Shown: piece after piece, positions 1 to 13,785 of the stretch
How positions within the stretch are numbered: the first letter of the stretch is position 1
Layout of the letters: the number at the start of each line of letters is the position of its first letter
From: Octopus bimaculoides
Taxonomy: Eukaryota
Assembly (NCBI RefSeq): GCF_001194135.2
Contig: NC_068983.1
Coordinates: forward strand, 61,118,314-61,182,313
Reading direction: 5' to 3'
DNA length: 64,000 nt
Made by a program: the position numbers and the translations under genes
Notes under the pieces: model-generated
What the model was told of the DNA's origin: nothing
Database searches by the model: none
Seen by the model: only the letters and a program-made list of their open reading frames with translations

Positions 1-303
1 GGCAGGCTCTCTTTCTCCCATTCATTCTCTTTATTAAGCAATCTATCGTAGTGGCATCTCCAGACCTCTTTCTTTGCATCCTCATTTAATGCAAGCGTAC
101 CATCATCCATGCGAACACATTTCTCTCCTACAACATCACTATTCTCTCTCCTACACTGTCTTGCAACCCGAAATACCTCGAGTCTTTGGTCCTCACGGCG
201 CAGAACATTGGCAAATCTTTCCTTATCTGCTTCCCCTCTGGCTAAATAAACCTGTCGCCTAGCCTCCCTTCTGGCACATTGGTACAATTCCCTGCTACCA
301 CCG
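1..303 (-). mobile_element. RTE-clade LINE ORF2 fragment (endonuclease-RT linker), cut by the window edge
   Basis: The minus strand reads open: GSRELYQCARREARRQVYLARGEADKERFANVLRREDQRLEVFRVARQCRRENSDVVGEKCVRMDDGTLALNEDAKKEVWRCHYDRLLNKENEWEKESLP, typical of the RTE ORF2 linker. Confidence 0.8.
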
Positions 304-360
304 TATATATATATATATATATATCATCATCATCATCATCATCATCATCGTTTAACATAC

Positions 361-908
361 ATTAAATGTGCAGAAAACAGCTTCTGTCACATTCAAGGGG
401 AAAAAACTACAAGTAGTTGATAGCTTCTGTTACCTAGGGAACCAGGTCAGTGGGCAATAAACTGTGCTTGCGAAGTCTGTTGAGGCAAGTAAAGTCATTG
501 TCGTGGGTGATAACAGTATTGCCTGATTGGCACCCATGCCAATAGCATGTAAAAAGCACCATTCGAGCATGGCTGATGCCAGTGCTACCTGATTGGTCCC
601 GTGTCGGTGGCACATAAAAAGCACAATTTTAGCGTGATTGTTGCCAGTGCCACCGGACTGGCTCTTGTGCCGGTGGAATGTAAATAGTACCATTCAAGCA
701 TGGTCAATGCCAGTACCGCCTGACTGGCCCTCCTGCTGGTGGCATATAAAAAAGCACCCACTGCACTCTTGGAGTGGTTGGCGTTAGGAAGGGTATCCAG
801 CAGTAGAAACTTTGCCAGATCGGATTGGAGCCTGGTGCAGCCTTCTGGCTTGTCAGCCCTCAGTCAAACCATCATGGAAAATGGACGTTAAATGATGACG
901 ATGATGAT
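361..908 (+). mobile_element. RTE-clade LINE 3' fragment with 3' UTR and (ATG)n tail
   Basis: A EKLQVVDSFCYLG-like peptide lies at about 395-440. It is followed by the GTGCCGGTGGCAC-ATAAAAAGCACC repeated 3' UTR and the tail GGACGTTAAATGATGACGATGATG. The same tail recurs at 26811, 33496, 34495, 39838 and 51030. Confidence 0.75.
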
Positions 909-1179
909 AACATGACTGGCATAATCATCACTATACTTGGCCTCATCACAACACACACACATCCCTACCATCATATCTATTACACATACCACCATTACTG
1001 CAAACACATTTATATCTTCCACTATTACAAAACTCTACTCTACCATTTCACATACCTGTTACCATTATTACTTCATTACACACATCACTGAAATTACACA
1101 CACACCTCCATTAGTTATACCACTATTACATACCTTACTATCACTTAGTACAACTTCACGAACTAATGAAGGAGCCTAT

Positions 1180-1385
1180 AAGTGGTTGTCAATTTGCTAG
1201 AAATAGTTACCATATCTCACTCAAATCACTACACACACACACACTGTAATAGAAGACATTGTGATCCTGAATTCCTTGCACATAGTAACACATAAGAAAA
1301 AGACTGATGGTCATATTTGGAATGCCTTTCATCATAGGTTTGTTCGATCAGGGTTGATCTATGGCTAAATAAATTACAGCAACAA
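1180..1385 (+). repeat. Copy of an interspersed repeat family (CTAGAAAYAGCAGCCAAATCTCCCTCAAATCAC ... TGATCATAGGTYTGTTC); other copies at about 2780-2940, 18270-18480, 19330-19530 and 32620-32780
   Basis: A shared motif is visible by eye in five places in the same orientation. It is probably a SINE or LINE-tail family but was not classified. Confidence 0.5.
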
Positions 1386-3299
1386 CAACTACAACTATAG
1401 CACAAATGTCCAGACTGACTCCATACAATAAACTACTCTTCAAAGAGTGCAGTGTAATCTTTATCTAAGTAGAGATAAGTTATATTAGAAGTCCTGGGTC
1501 TGTAACTAGTTACCTACAAACTCTTCTTCAAATTCACTTGACCAGAGGTGACCAAGGCTACACACTACAATCAAAATCAACATAGTTACTTAACCTGTTT
1601 GAGAAAAAAGTTAAATCCCCCTTTGGATTGTACCCTACTGTCACTGAAATGCTCAAATATATAGGATACATGCTTCCTGGATATAATATGTCAGAATAGG
1701 ATACACGTTTCCTGAATATAATATGTCAGAAAAGATAAAGCAGTCTCAAGTAGAACGTCAATCAAATTTTAACACAGAAACATCATCATTACACATACTA
1801 CCACTATATCCTCTTCTACTAAATACTGTCACCACGACAACTAAATTACCACCATCTTCTAACATGTTTTCCCTTCTCAATGAATGTACTGAAAAAGTTA
1901 ATGAGATGAAGTATATGAATGCAGCCTTCCATACATGGCAGTGCATTGCATGTCTCTCTTCACTGTAACATCCCTTACTAAAAATATACATACATTCTCA
2001 TATGCATGCAGAGCCACACATCAGTTTTCACACTTGGAAACACATATATGCGGAAAACCCCACACACACATGTATCCAACAGTCACACAGCTACAGATAT
2101 TTCAAAGCATGCTTAGACATAGAAAAACAAACACACATGCATACAGGCAGACAAGTGCATACACCAAATGACCTAGACACATAAATACCCACACATATCC
2201 ATATTCTCACATTGCACTGTGCTGGAGCTGTGTTTAACAGAGAGATGTTTACTACCATTTCCATTGAATGACAAGGACTGCCATTGTCAGGGTAAATAAC
2301 AGTTATTGATGTTTCTGTAGTATAGGACAGAGTGAGAAGAGATATCGGAAATATTTCAGCACTAAATAGTCAACATGCCACCACTATACTCAAGCATATT
2401 TATATGCTTAACTGTTTTGTTGCCAGCTTTACTCTATCATATATGTGTTCAAATCAGCACATATGAAAGTGTCCAAAGTTAACCATTTAACTGTGAAATT
2501 ATATTTCATGGTTATTCTAATAATGATGTTAAAAACCTACCAAAAAAATAGAACTGGTATTTTCTGTAAGTCACATTACCTCAATAAATTCGACATATCT
2601 CAACAAAAAATAGTTTCAAACATGGCATCCTCAATAAAAGATAGATTGGTATATAAAATTACTTTCTGCCATTCAGGATAAGAAAATTTTGAATGGATAT
2701 ATCTGATTGAAATTTCAGTTGGTAAAACTTCCATGAAATGGTATTATTTAATAATCTTTTGTTGTTTACCAAATAACAACTTGCTTGAAAAGCAGCTAAA
2801 TCTCCTTCAAAGAACACCCAACTATCTTGAAAAGAGGATACATTAGATAGTGTAGTACTACATATCACTGAAAAGACATGGTTAGACTATTTCAGATCAG
2901 GCCTGATCAGGATTGATTGAGAGCAAGGCAACAACCACTGAATAAAACAGGAGTATATTGGATTGTGAAAAAAGCAAAATTTCCAGATAATCATATAATA
3001 AACTATTGGATGTTAGGGTGTGTAGTATAGTCCTCAACTAGCATGTCTGTAGAACTGAATTCACTGCACATGGTGCCATAGTTCTGATAAATTGACAAGA
3101 GCTCAGCATTCAATAACCCCATCAAAATTTTTATCATTGTGAAAATAAAAAGGACACAGGCAATTTATTACTGAGGTACAAAGATGAAAGTGAAGCTCTT
3201 TCAAGTAAAACTTCAAATTTTCAGCATGTCATGTAGTTCAGTCTGAGATAATTTAGAACTACTAATAAACTAAAAAGAATATTAACTAGTTTTACCCTT

Positions 3300-3830
3300 C
3301 ACTTCCTACTAACATTCCCAAACCATATACCATCCACATGCTAAATCTGCATTGATTCCATTACAAAGATCTTGAAAAAACCCTTCAATGGGACCATGTC
3401 AACCTTGTCTCTTTTAACAATAATCACACCAAGAAAATACCACTGCACCATTGAGTGTCACTCAATGACAGCCCTTGTAGTTATTCCACATGTTGGGCAC
3501 CAACGTCAACAATCTCAAGTGACAAAAGCACAGCCTTAGTATAGTCAGGATCACATCTCAAAGATTAGACCTTCCCTCTAGAGCCAAAAGATATTTCAAC
3601 CACCATCAGCTGCTCTTACTCTTCAAGATTCAAGTGAAACTCACAACAGAGCACTGCTCCCACATTAGTACTGCTATGCACACTGAGTTTCTGAATCACA
3701 TCCAGGGAGAGACCATTCAGCTGATTGGCACTCCAGAGACAATCTAGTCTTCCCCACGGACATACTGTCTCCTCTCTCCATCTTTTCTATCACTATTTTA
3801 ATGGCCTCTGCCCTTCAGAGTTGGCTAGTC
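3300..3830 (-). mobile_element. Highly degenerate LINE (RTE-like) endonuclease-region remnant
   Basis: The minus strand gives a broken GVIIVKRDKV-like peptide in APE-domain context, with many stops and frameshifts. Confidence 0.35.
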
Positions 3831-6800
3831 CACCATCTATCCATTGGTGTATTATACTAGTAATAACCAAATGAAATATTATTCATGTTACATGTGAATA
3901 CAAATACATTGATGTTAAAAAGGTTAATACACTAAACTTCAGCTCTTTATATTCAATATTGTTTTTCCTACTGATCTTACCACTTAGGATTCTGAGCTTT
4001 CCTGAATTACAAAGAAAAATGTTTTTTAGTAATTGAATAATTATTTAATTTTTTACTAATCAAGAAAATTTCTTTGAAATTAAACCTGAAATCATAGAAC
4101 GAGGCTGTATTGACAGAGGACTAGACAACTAAGAAGTTAATGTCTCATGTCATATTACCTACTTTTTGTTTATTTTTTTGTATTTAGTGGGAGGGGCAGT
4201 ATCCATAGCTTTCTCCAATCCTCTGAGACCAGTATATATTTGATGTTATTAACATTCCATCTTTGTATAGTGACATGGGTTGAACAAGTCAGAAGTATGG
4301 CATAGCATTCATTGGCTTCATTCTATGTTATTTCAATTATGAATTTCAGCATCCTCAGATCTGACTTTACATCATCACAGACCTTTTAATTAAGGCATCT
4401 TCCAATTATTATGTGTTTTTATTTATCATACCTTATTACAAGTGATGCAGCTGACCAGAGCCTGAAGATTCATTTATAGTTATTGGTAAAAATATACTCA
4501 ATGTGTAACTGATATATAGTTGTCAACAGCCCAGTCTACTGAGATGTAAATAAGTATCTTGCAGGATACTGTTTACTGAGATAAGAACCAGTGCCACAGT
4601 ATAGTTGTCAAGTGTTTTATTAGGTTGCACTACTAAACAAAATTACTTCCATGTATGCATAAAAAAAAATACAGCTGAAAATTGCATGTGAGATTTTAAG
4701 AGACAGGTGCTGAAAATTTCCTGGTTTGGGTAAAAGAAAATACAATAAAATGATTTTATTCAACATACTCCCCTCTCAGATTCACACAGCCTTCCATACA
4801 TGGCAGTGCATTGTATGTCTCTCTTCACTGTAACATCCCTTAATGTATATGCTTCACTCATTCTTCCTTAATCCATTACTAAAAATATACATACATTCTC
4901 ATACACATGCAGAGCCACACATCAGTTTTCACACTTGGGAACACATGTGCAAAAAACCCCAACACACATGTATCCAACAGTCACACAACTACAGATATTA
5001 TATATGCTACATATATAACTACAATATATATGTAGCAGTCCTTCAGTGTTTCTAAGCCCTGTAAAAGAAGGTTAGGTGTCTAACCAGGCCTTTCATGATA
5101 CCCTTAAGACCAGGAACTTTACAGCACCCCTTTGTAAGTAGCTTCCCAATAACTTACCAGATAATGGAATTGCATGTGAATTTATATCATGCTCAAACAG
5201 AAATTATTTATTGCTGCACATAATTCAATTATCATACAATTAATTGAATTATGAAAAATTGTAGTAGTAACAATATCAACAATAAGAAGAAAAAAAAATG
5301 AAAGTTTAAAAAATAACTCCAGAAACAAATTAGTGAGTTAATAAATTTTATTTATCATTTATCATGGTAGCAGCAGCAATATTAAAATATTTATTACGAA
5401 AAAGAAAATTATTACTTACAACTGTAAAGGCAAGCATGGAATAAAATGGCAGATTAGAGTAAATAAAAATAGTCAAAAAATACATCAATGAGGATAAAAG
5501 ATAGAAATATGAAAAGTTCTAAACTAACATCAAAAATATCTAGATAATTGAGTAATATACCAACTATGGACAATAGAAAAAATGGCCCAACTACAAAAAT
5601 ACTTTTATAATATCATAGAGAAATGCATCATTTTGAATATACAACTAAAATATTGTTTTAAATGTTAAGTATGAAATATATACACATGTATATAATATTA
5701 ATTATACACACATACACACAACATGCACAGACACACATATAACACTATTATTGTTTAATTGGAAGTAAATTTTGATATGAAGTTTTTATGTGCTATTGCA
5801 GCACCGAGTTTGCATGCTCGAGAAAGAGAATACAATAAACTTTTCGTGGACTACAAGTCTCCAAAGAGCCACTGCTCAAATTAGGTTCCTGTAGTGTTAT
5901 CCCTTTTTGGATGTGGTACTGTCATAGGGAAGTCTCCTTAAAAAGTGAGCTTTGAAAAAAAAAAAAAAAAAAAAAAAGAGGAAATCTGGAATTAAGTGTC
6001 CTTACTTAGCAAAAGAATGCCAAGTGGGATATAAACACACAAATGGGTTGTTTGTTTCTTAATCCATTTTAAGTATTCTTGAAGTTGAAAGGAGAGAGAG
6101 ATGGTTGCCAAAACAACAAAAACAAGCCACAGTACATGAATAATCTGTTTTAAAGATGAAAAAGAAACATAAGATTCTCATTTGTTACAGGCTGATATTC
6201 TCTTCCAGATGAAGGGAAAAGTTCATGGCTATCACAATAAAAAAACAGTAGACTACCTGTCAAAGAGAATTAAAATATGATTGAATGGATGATAAATGGA
6301 AATAATTTCAAGATAAAAATAATTTATATATCACATAGCAGGTGACATGTTATAATGTATTTATATCATGTAGTGTTATTATCACACAGTGAGTTGGGTG
6401 TTGTGAGTTTTATATATCCCAAAGTGTGTTATATGGTACAACATGCTATACTTCACACAGTATATATCACACAATGTGTTATATGTTACATATCACACAG
6501 TTTAAAAAGTCAAATGTGTTAAGTGCACACATCACACAAGTTATTTCATCATATACTGCATATTTGAATGGTAGAGTTAATTCCTTGCCCAGTTTAACAC
6601 TACTGCCTGGCCTTTGGATACCTTTAACCAAATTCACTGTTTTAAACATTTAGGGTAGCTTTCCAGTCAGAGGATGACTTCCTCTTACCAGTCCTAGAGG
6701 CCCTGAAAAGGGTTATAGGTGCTTCCCTATTTCCTTTGGCAATACCAAAAAAAAAAAGAAAAAAAGATATAAANNNNNNNNNNATATATATATCTTATGT

Positions 6801-7394
6801 GGTACAGTTTATACATCATTTAGTATATTATTAATCACACATTGTATCATGACATAGTAATGCATATTTCATTATATATCATGACACACATCACATATTT
6901 CATTATATATCACATAGTATATATTAAAAATCAGCATGTTACATATTCCACTTTGTGTTATCTGTTTTAAGTTTCATTTGTAACAGAGAGAGAAATTCCT
7001 TTTAAACAAAATTATACTTGTATATCCGACATTGACAGAGAGAGAGTAGAATGGTTAACATACCACTACAGCTGTCAGCATAAAAAAGTGAGATTTAAAA
7101 TTATTATCACAAAACATTCCAAGACACTTTAAGTAAAAACTACTAAAATTATTTAGTGCAAGTCTAAAGACATGAAAAATAATTGAAAGTGTACAGGTAG
7201 GTAAATTCATATTTTCAATATCAATTTGGTGTGTGAGATTATAAGTTGAAGTTAAATATAAACTGAAGATTTGGTGTCTGTTTCATGTCAATATGATTCT
7301 TTTGGTAACACTATCTTAACACAACCATGCCATTATGGTGTTGAGGATAACAACAAAGAAATAACAACTGTTAGAATGATAATAATGATTTCTC

Positions 7395-8250
7395 ATTTAG
7401 GCACAAGCCCAGTCATTTTGAAGGGGAATGGGTTTGTCAATACCACCGACCCCAGTGTTTGACTAATACTTTATTTTATTGATCCCAGAAGAATGAAAGG
7501 CAAAATAAACCTCAGTGGTATTTTAACTCAGAATGTTAAGAGCCCAAAGAAATGCCACAGAGCACTTTGTCTATTCCAATAATTTTAACACTAATAATTT
7601 CATTTTATCAAGAAAGACCAGAAACTTGAGGGAGGGAGCAGTTGATTATATCAATGAGTACTCAGCTGTTAGTTGATTTTATCAACCTCAAAAAGATGGA
7701 AGGCAAAGTTGACTTTGGTGGGATTTGAACTTAGAACATAAAGAGCCATAACTAAATACCACAAGGCAGTTTGTCAAACACTGAAACAGATTTGCCAATC
7801 TACTACTCCAGAATGATAATAATAATCCGTTCTATTGAAGGCATAAAGCCTGAAATTCTGTGGGAGGGGACTACATCGACCCCAGTATTTCACTGGTACT
7901 TAATTTATCGACCCCCAAAAGGATGAAAGGCAAAGTTGACCTGGATGGCATAATAATAATAATAATTAGATGAATGAATATAGCTGATAAAATCAAACCA
8001 GTACTTAACTCAAACTTTATTTTCTCAACTCACATAGGATGAAAGTCAAATTTGAACTTGGCAGGATTCAAACATAGAATATAAAAGAATACAACTACTA
8101 ACTGCAATTTTGTCTAGCACTCTGTGATTTCATTGCCCTTAACCTAATAATAATTATTTCAAATTCAGGCACAAAGTCAACTGTTTTGTGGGGAGGATGA
8201 TGCTGGTTAATTCATTGATCCCAGTACTAGACTGGTACTTTATTTTTATC
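7395..8250 (-). mobile_element. Stack of about 5 head-to-tail degenerate tRNA-derived SINE copies
   Basis: The reverse complement of the SINE core (GACTTTGCCTTTCATCC...GGTCGATAAATTAAGTACCAG) recurs at about 7470-7510, 7670-7710, 7890-7940, 8010-8055 and 8220-8245, separated by (AAT)n tracts. Confidence 0.75.
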
Positions 8251-9828
8251 CATGTACTCTTGTTTTTATGCTTTACATAATCAGAGCCCATCTCCTTGCA
8301 AATTTGCATTTGATATTTTCCAAGATCATGTTGCAAAGCATCTAATAAAAAATCTATTTGTTGATCATTCACTATATATGTAGAAAATTTCATGTTTCCA
8401 GAGGGGGATGGCCTCCTTCACACATTCCACTCACCTTCCCTAAGAAGGTAAACTTGGCTTTTTAAGGGTCCTTTTCTTTTTTGATTTTACTCTTTCCACT
8501 GCCTTTGACAGTCTTTCACCTCATTCCATTGTTTATCTGCTCTACATCACAAAACAATGAGATTCTGTTGCTAATCAAGGCAGGAGGAGAGGAGTCCTTG
8601 ATTGCTAGCTTTTAAGAGGTGGTCTATTCTGCTATTTTGGCAACCTTGACAAGTGGTGCTTTGGAAAAAGGAGTTTCAGCGACCTGCTATTGTTGACACT
8701 GTCTCTGCTGTTCCTGATTCTTGAATTCTTCCAGACAAAGAGCCCCTGAAAAGGACCTTATTGTCACACAAGCAGCTTGGCTTCTACCTTGCATTGCCAG
8801 TATCACTGATGTTATTTCTGCATCTCCAGTTTGGTACAGCTCTGAATTGGCCCTGCAGTCTTTGGGGATCATTAAGACTTGGATATCTACCATTTCTAGT
8901 CACTTCTGCACTCACACCTATCCATACTGCTTTGCAAAAGGTAGTCATCAGTTTAGCTTGCTTTCTTGCTCTATCCTCAGTTTAAACAAACTAGGTATAC
9001 AGTTCCTTAAGCCTTATTTCAACCAAGAGAAGAGATATCACTTCAGACACTGGTTATAGCAAACCTCCAGATGTTGCTTTAAGGGCATAAAAAAGCCCTT
9101 TTTTTTCAGGTGGTAATGGTGGTAGAAGGTTGTGATGCAAAGATATGTGACCTTCCTTCTTGTTTGCTCTTGAGTAAAGTCATCAGGTAGGGAGGTATAT
9201 AATATTTCAGTTACATATTTCTGCGATGCAGATTTTTCTCTGCTTGGTCACATATATTTAGCTCCTCTTAAAAGTGCTAGTGAAAAAATTGCTGTTCCTG
9301 TCAGTGTTGCTCAAAACAACACTTTCACCAATTAAATTTGGTTTGTTTTTTCAACAAAAAAAGTGTGCTGTTGTTGTTGTAACAGTAACATTAAAATTGA
9401 CATTTTAAAATGTTAAAATATTCTTTTGTGTGTATATGAGTTTTACTGTGAAATTTTTGTTGTTTAGCAGTCTTATTTTCAGTCTTATTAAGGATATGCT
9501 TCTCTGCTGGAAAGCCATTTCAAGTTAAATAAATGAAATTTCATGTCTCCCCCTGGTATGGAGGTAAATGTCTGATTCTCAATAGAAAATTATTTAGAAA
9601 AAAAAGAATATTTTCTTCCCAATTACATTAATTGAAGAGTTTTGCAACACGTGTACATGGCAAACATGATGATAATCATACCTCCATAAATTAAAGAAGT
9701 TCATAAAATTGGATATAATCAATGAATTGAGAAGTTTAAATGAACAGAAGATAACTTTCTGCTGGAAAAAATAGGTATCTAAAAAGTAAACAGAAAATCT
9801 GGTATAAAATTATATGCTCCTGTATGTA

Positions 9829-9831
9829 TGC

Positions 9832-9918
<87 letters not shown>
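9829..9918. repeat. Compound (GT)n(AT)n microsatellite
   Basis: Seen directly. Confidence 0.95.
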
Positions 9919-9921
<3 letters not shown>

Positions 9922-12604
9922 ACCAAAATTCCTATATTGGATATGAACTAATTACTCCTGAGTTGTTAGTCTACCTTTTTATTCACATTGCACTTTTCTT
10001 TCATCATCATCATGACGATTTCCCCCATGGAATAGTTGCTCTACAATGATTATAGTTTATGAATGCAAATCTTGAAAAAGTAAACAATAAAAGCTAAAAA
10101 AAAAAAAGGGTTTTGTTTTTTTCTATTTACTAAGTTTAGGTTTGCAATCAATAATCAACAAACTATTGTTGAGGTTGTATTGTTTTGTGTTGAAATAATT
10201 CAGTGAAAAGACATCAGAGCAAAACAGGGATAATTACTTTTGTTCAAAAATACTAGCTTTATGCAAGAAAAGATTTGGTTTAATAATAGCAGCAGAGCAA
10301 AGCTGGATAAGAATGGCTGGAAACATTGAACACAGAGAAAGCAAAAATAAATAAATAATATAATATCATTAGAAGTTCTCTTACAGAAGACAGTGATATG
10401 GGAGAAATGAGAACATTTCAGTGCTATGCACAGAAACAAAAAGGATTTCTAACAGCAATGATTCAGAAAAAAATAGACTTTATTTAATAACTTCCATCTG
10501 GACATGAGTGAGAGAAAACTGTGATATCTAATTTTAAACTTCATGAAGATTAAGATAAAAATAACAGAATAGAAACTTTGGCATTATTTTTTTCTTCTGG
10601 TTTTTACTTTCATGCCATACAAAACCTGAGACTAATGGCCTTTGTTTATAGACATACATGATATAAGCAAAAGGAAAACAGAGCAATAGTTTTATGAAAG
10701 ACAAAATTCTGAAATCACAAAGCTTACAACTGGTAAAGGTGCATCAGGTAAATTTCAAAAATTGGAAATTTCACATTTTTTAAAAGACAGAATAAACATT
10801 ATACATTTTTAAAATTTATTTTGTTGCACTATGAATGAATGGAAAAGCCCAGAATTTATTATGGTTGTTAATCTGTTATTGTATGCATATTTTAAACAGA
10901 TGAGATATATTTTGATTAGACTGATAAATATTCACCACAGAACAAGTATAAACCAACAAAAGAACAATAAAATTTCTACATGCATTAAGCTCTATTTTCT
11001 CTATTCAGTCATGGATTATTAGCTAGGTTTACCCACAGCTATATTTAGTTCCATAACAATTATGTACAATCCTGGCAAACCTGAAATAGGACAACTATGT
11101 TTATTGGTCCATTCATTTTCAGAACAGGAAGGGGTACAACGAGAGGGTCGGGGGGGAACAGCAGATAAATATAAATCAGACTGGTTAAGAGTGTGTTCTA
11201 TATTTTGAGTCACCATTATTATACTTGAATGGGAATATTAACAATATGAAATAAAAACAGAAGCTATTGAATAGAGTATATGTTTAAATAGGAACAGGGT
11301 TCCAGGGTAATTAACAGAAATGAAATAAAGATGGTTCTTTACAATTTCCTACAGATTTTATTTTACATAGATTTCTCATTACCAGTATACATACTGACCA
11401 AAACACAAAACACATTTACAAAATTAGCTGGAAATATTTACACAAACAGAATGCATGTGTATATTGTGAATATTTCCAACAACGTTCACAATATTAGAAA
11501 TGAACAGCAGTGGAAATTACATTTGGAGAAAAAAAAAACTTCCCATTCATTTGAAAAAAAGATTATTTCATTTTAATGGTTTTAAAATGTATTATGACAA
11601 GTAAAGTAGACAAGACAGAATATCTTTAACACATACAGGTTAGAAGTCTGCATGACTGATATAGACAATCTGTGATATATAAAATAATCATCTTAGTATG
11701 CCTGATAAACTCTAAGACACACATAATAGTAAAAATAAATACATGTGCCATGTAGAATAGACATGCTTCTATGACAGGCAAAGTCAGTTATTTGAAACTA
11801 AAAATAGGAAAATAAGAATCTCTGTGTGTTTGTATATTATTTATATATGTAGAGAGAGAGACACCATATATTGTATAATAAGAGCAGCATACAAACAGAA
11901 AATGTATATACAATAAAACAAACACATTAATTTCAGCTCAAGGTCCCTCTTTATGATCAGTACCTGGCTCAGCTCTGCTCCAACACAAAAAACTAGATGG
12001 ATGATATCACACCGAATGCAACTAACAATGAAAATCAAACTAAACTATATAAAATACAATAAAAACTATACAGTGGATAGATTTAAGTGCTAGATATATG
12101 GGCCAGCAAAAAGTATGTCATGTTGTGAGACAATACCTAAGATTCTATGTGGTTGCACAATCAGTTAAATCACTTTCAAATTAATAAAATGGCATAAGAT
12201 ATAAAGACTTGCTTAATTAACATATGTGCATGCATGTAGTGTGTGAGAGAGTGAGAGAGAGATGATTTTTGCTGGAATCTTAGGTCTGTTCAATCAGGTC
12301 TGCCTAAGGGTTAAACCACAATATTTATCAATGCTACACAAAACAACAAGAATAAACCCTTAAGCAAATATTTATTACAAATCACAATATTTGCATGATG
12401 TGAAGTTTCAGATGTATATAAGGATGAAATTGTTTTTCACAACTGTTTTATTATTGTCTTTGGCTGAACAAAATTTAGCTAAATGTGGAATAAATAAAAC
12501 TAATACTATTTATTAAAAGCACTCAGAGATACTAGGACTTCTTTTCTTAAAATATATGCCCAGTTTGAGTTATCAAAAGATATGTAAAGCATTTAAAATT
12601 ATTT

Positions 12605-12839
12605 TGATATGTATATGTATATGTGTGTGTATATATGCACTTATATATATAGATGTATATATGTGTGTATATATACATATATATGTATATGTGTGTATAT
12701 ATACATATATATATAGATATGTTATATATATGTGTATATATAGATATGTTATATATATGTGTGTATATATACATATATATATATAGATATATATAGATAT
12801 GTTATATATATGTGCGTATATATATATATATATATATAT
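12605..12839. repeat. Degenerate (TA)-rich micro/minisatellite
   Basis: ATATATAGATATGTTATATATATGTGT-type units repeat several times. Confidence 0.85.
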
Positions 12840-13000
12840 CTGTAAAAATATGTGACACTTATTCGGTAGCCATGATAAAACTCCGAGTTTCGGATACCGG
12901 GGTGGGAACCCATGCCAACATCTCTTGGGTTCCCACCCCAGCATCTGAAACTCGGAGTTTTATCATGGCTACCGAATAAGTGTCACATATTTTTACAGAT
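12838..13000. repeat. Near-perfect inverted repeat: 75-bp arms (12838-12912, 12926-13000), 13-nt loop, embedded in (TA)n
   Basis: The arms are reverse complements with 3 mismatches. Confidence 0.95.
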
Positions 13001-13785
13001 AAGTTCCTCTATTTACACAATATCAAGGTCTCTTTCTTTCTTTTGTTGTCCTTTCTATCAATATATATATATATATATATATATAATACAAAGAATATAT
13101 ATACATGTATACACACATATATGTACATACTTACATCTACATGTGTATATACATGCATATCAGGGTACAGGACGTTAGAACAATAAACTACAGACAACGG
13201 AACGAACACATAGGAAAACGGAACGCCACTTGGAATATCCCTTCATCAGCTGTCTCTATTCTATCTANNNNNNNNNNNNNNNNNNNNNNNNNNNNNNNNN
13301 NNNNNNNNNNNNNNNNNNNNNNNNNNNNNNNNNNNNNNNNNNNNNNNNNNNNNNNNNNNNNNNNNNNNNNNNNNNNNNNNNNNNNNNNNNNNNNNNNNNN
13401 NNNNNNNNNNNNNNNNNNNNNNNNNNNNNNNNNNNNNNNNNNNNNNNNNNNNNNNNNNNNNNNNNNNNNNNNNNNNNNNNNNNNNNNNNNNNNNNNNNNN
13501 NNNNNNNNNNNNNNNNNNNNNNNNNNNNNNNNNNNNNNNNNNNNNNNNNNNNNNNNNNNNNNNNNNNNNNNNNNNNNNNNNNNNNNNNNNNNNNNNNNNN
13601 NNNNNNNNNNNNNNNNNNNNNNNNNNNNNNNNNNNNNNNNNNNNNNNNNNNNNNNNNNNNNNNNNNNNNNNNNNNNNNNNNNNNNNNNNNNNNNNNNNNN
13701 NNNNNNNNNNNNNNNNNNNNNNNNNNNNNNNNNNNNNNNNNNNNNNNNNNNNNNNNNNNNNNNNNNNNNNNNNNNNNNNNNNNNA

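Noticed and set aside
1922-4998. Direct repeat pair 1922-2101 / 4787-4998 (first copy lacks 36 nt) as the LTRs of one element
   Set aside because: No TG...CA ends, PBS/PPT or gag-pol between them. More likely two copies of a dispersed repeat or an old local duplication.
8400-9330. GC-richer block with short ORFs (8687-9059), possibly a LINE 5' end/ORF1
   Set aside because: No motif is clear enough to classify; all frames are broken.
12547-13209. YI/HT/CV-repeat ORFs (also 9828, 50061, 62141)
   Set aside because: They are translations of dinucleotide microsatellites.
13150-13267. Third hammerhead candidate (minus strand GACAG-CTGATGA-AGGGATATTCC...AACGTC-CTGT)
   Set aside because: No GAAA core segment (it reads CTAAC) and no convincing stem II. 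At best it is a decayed relative next to a gap.
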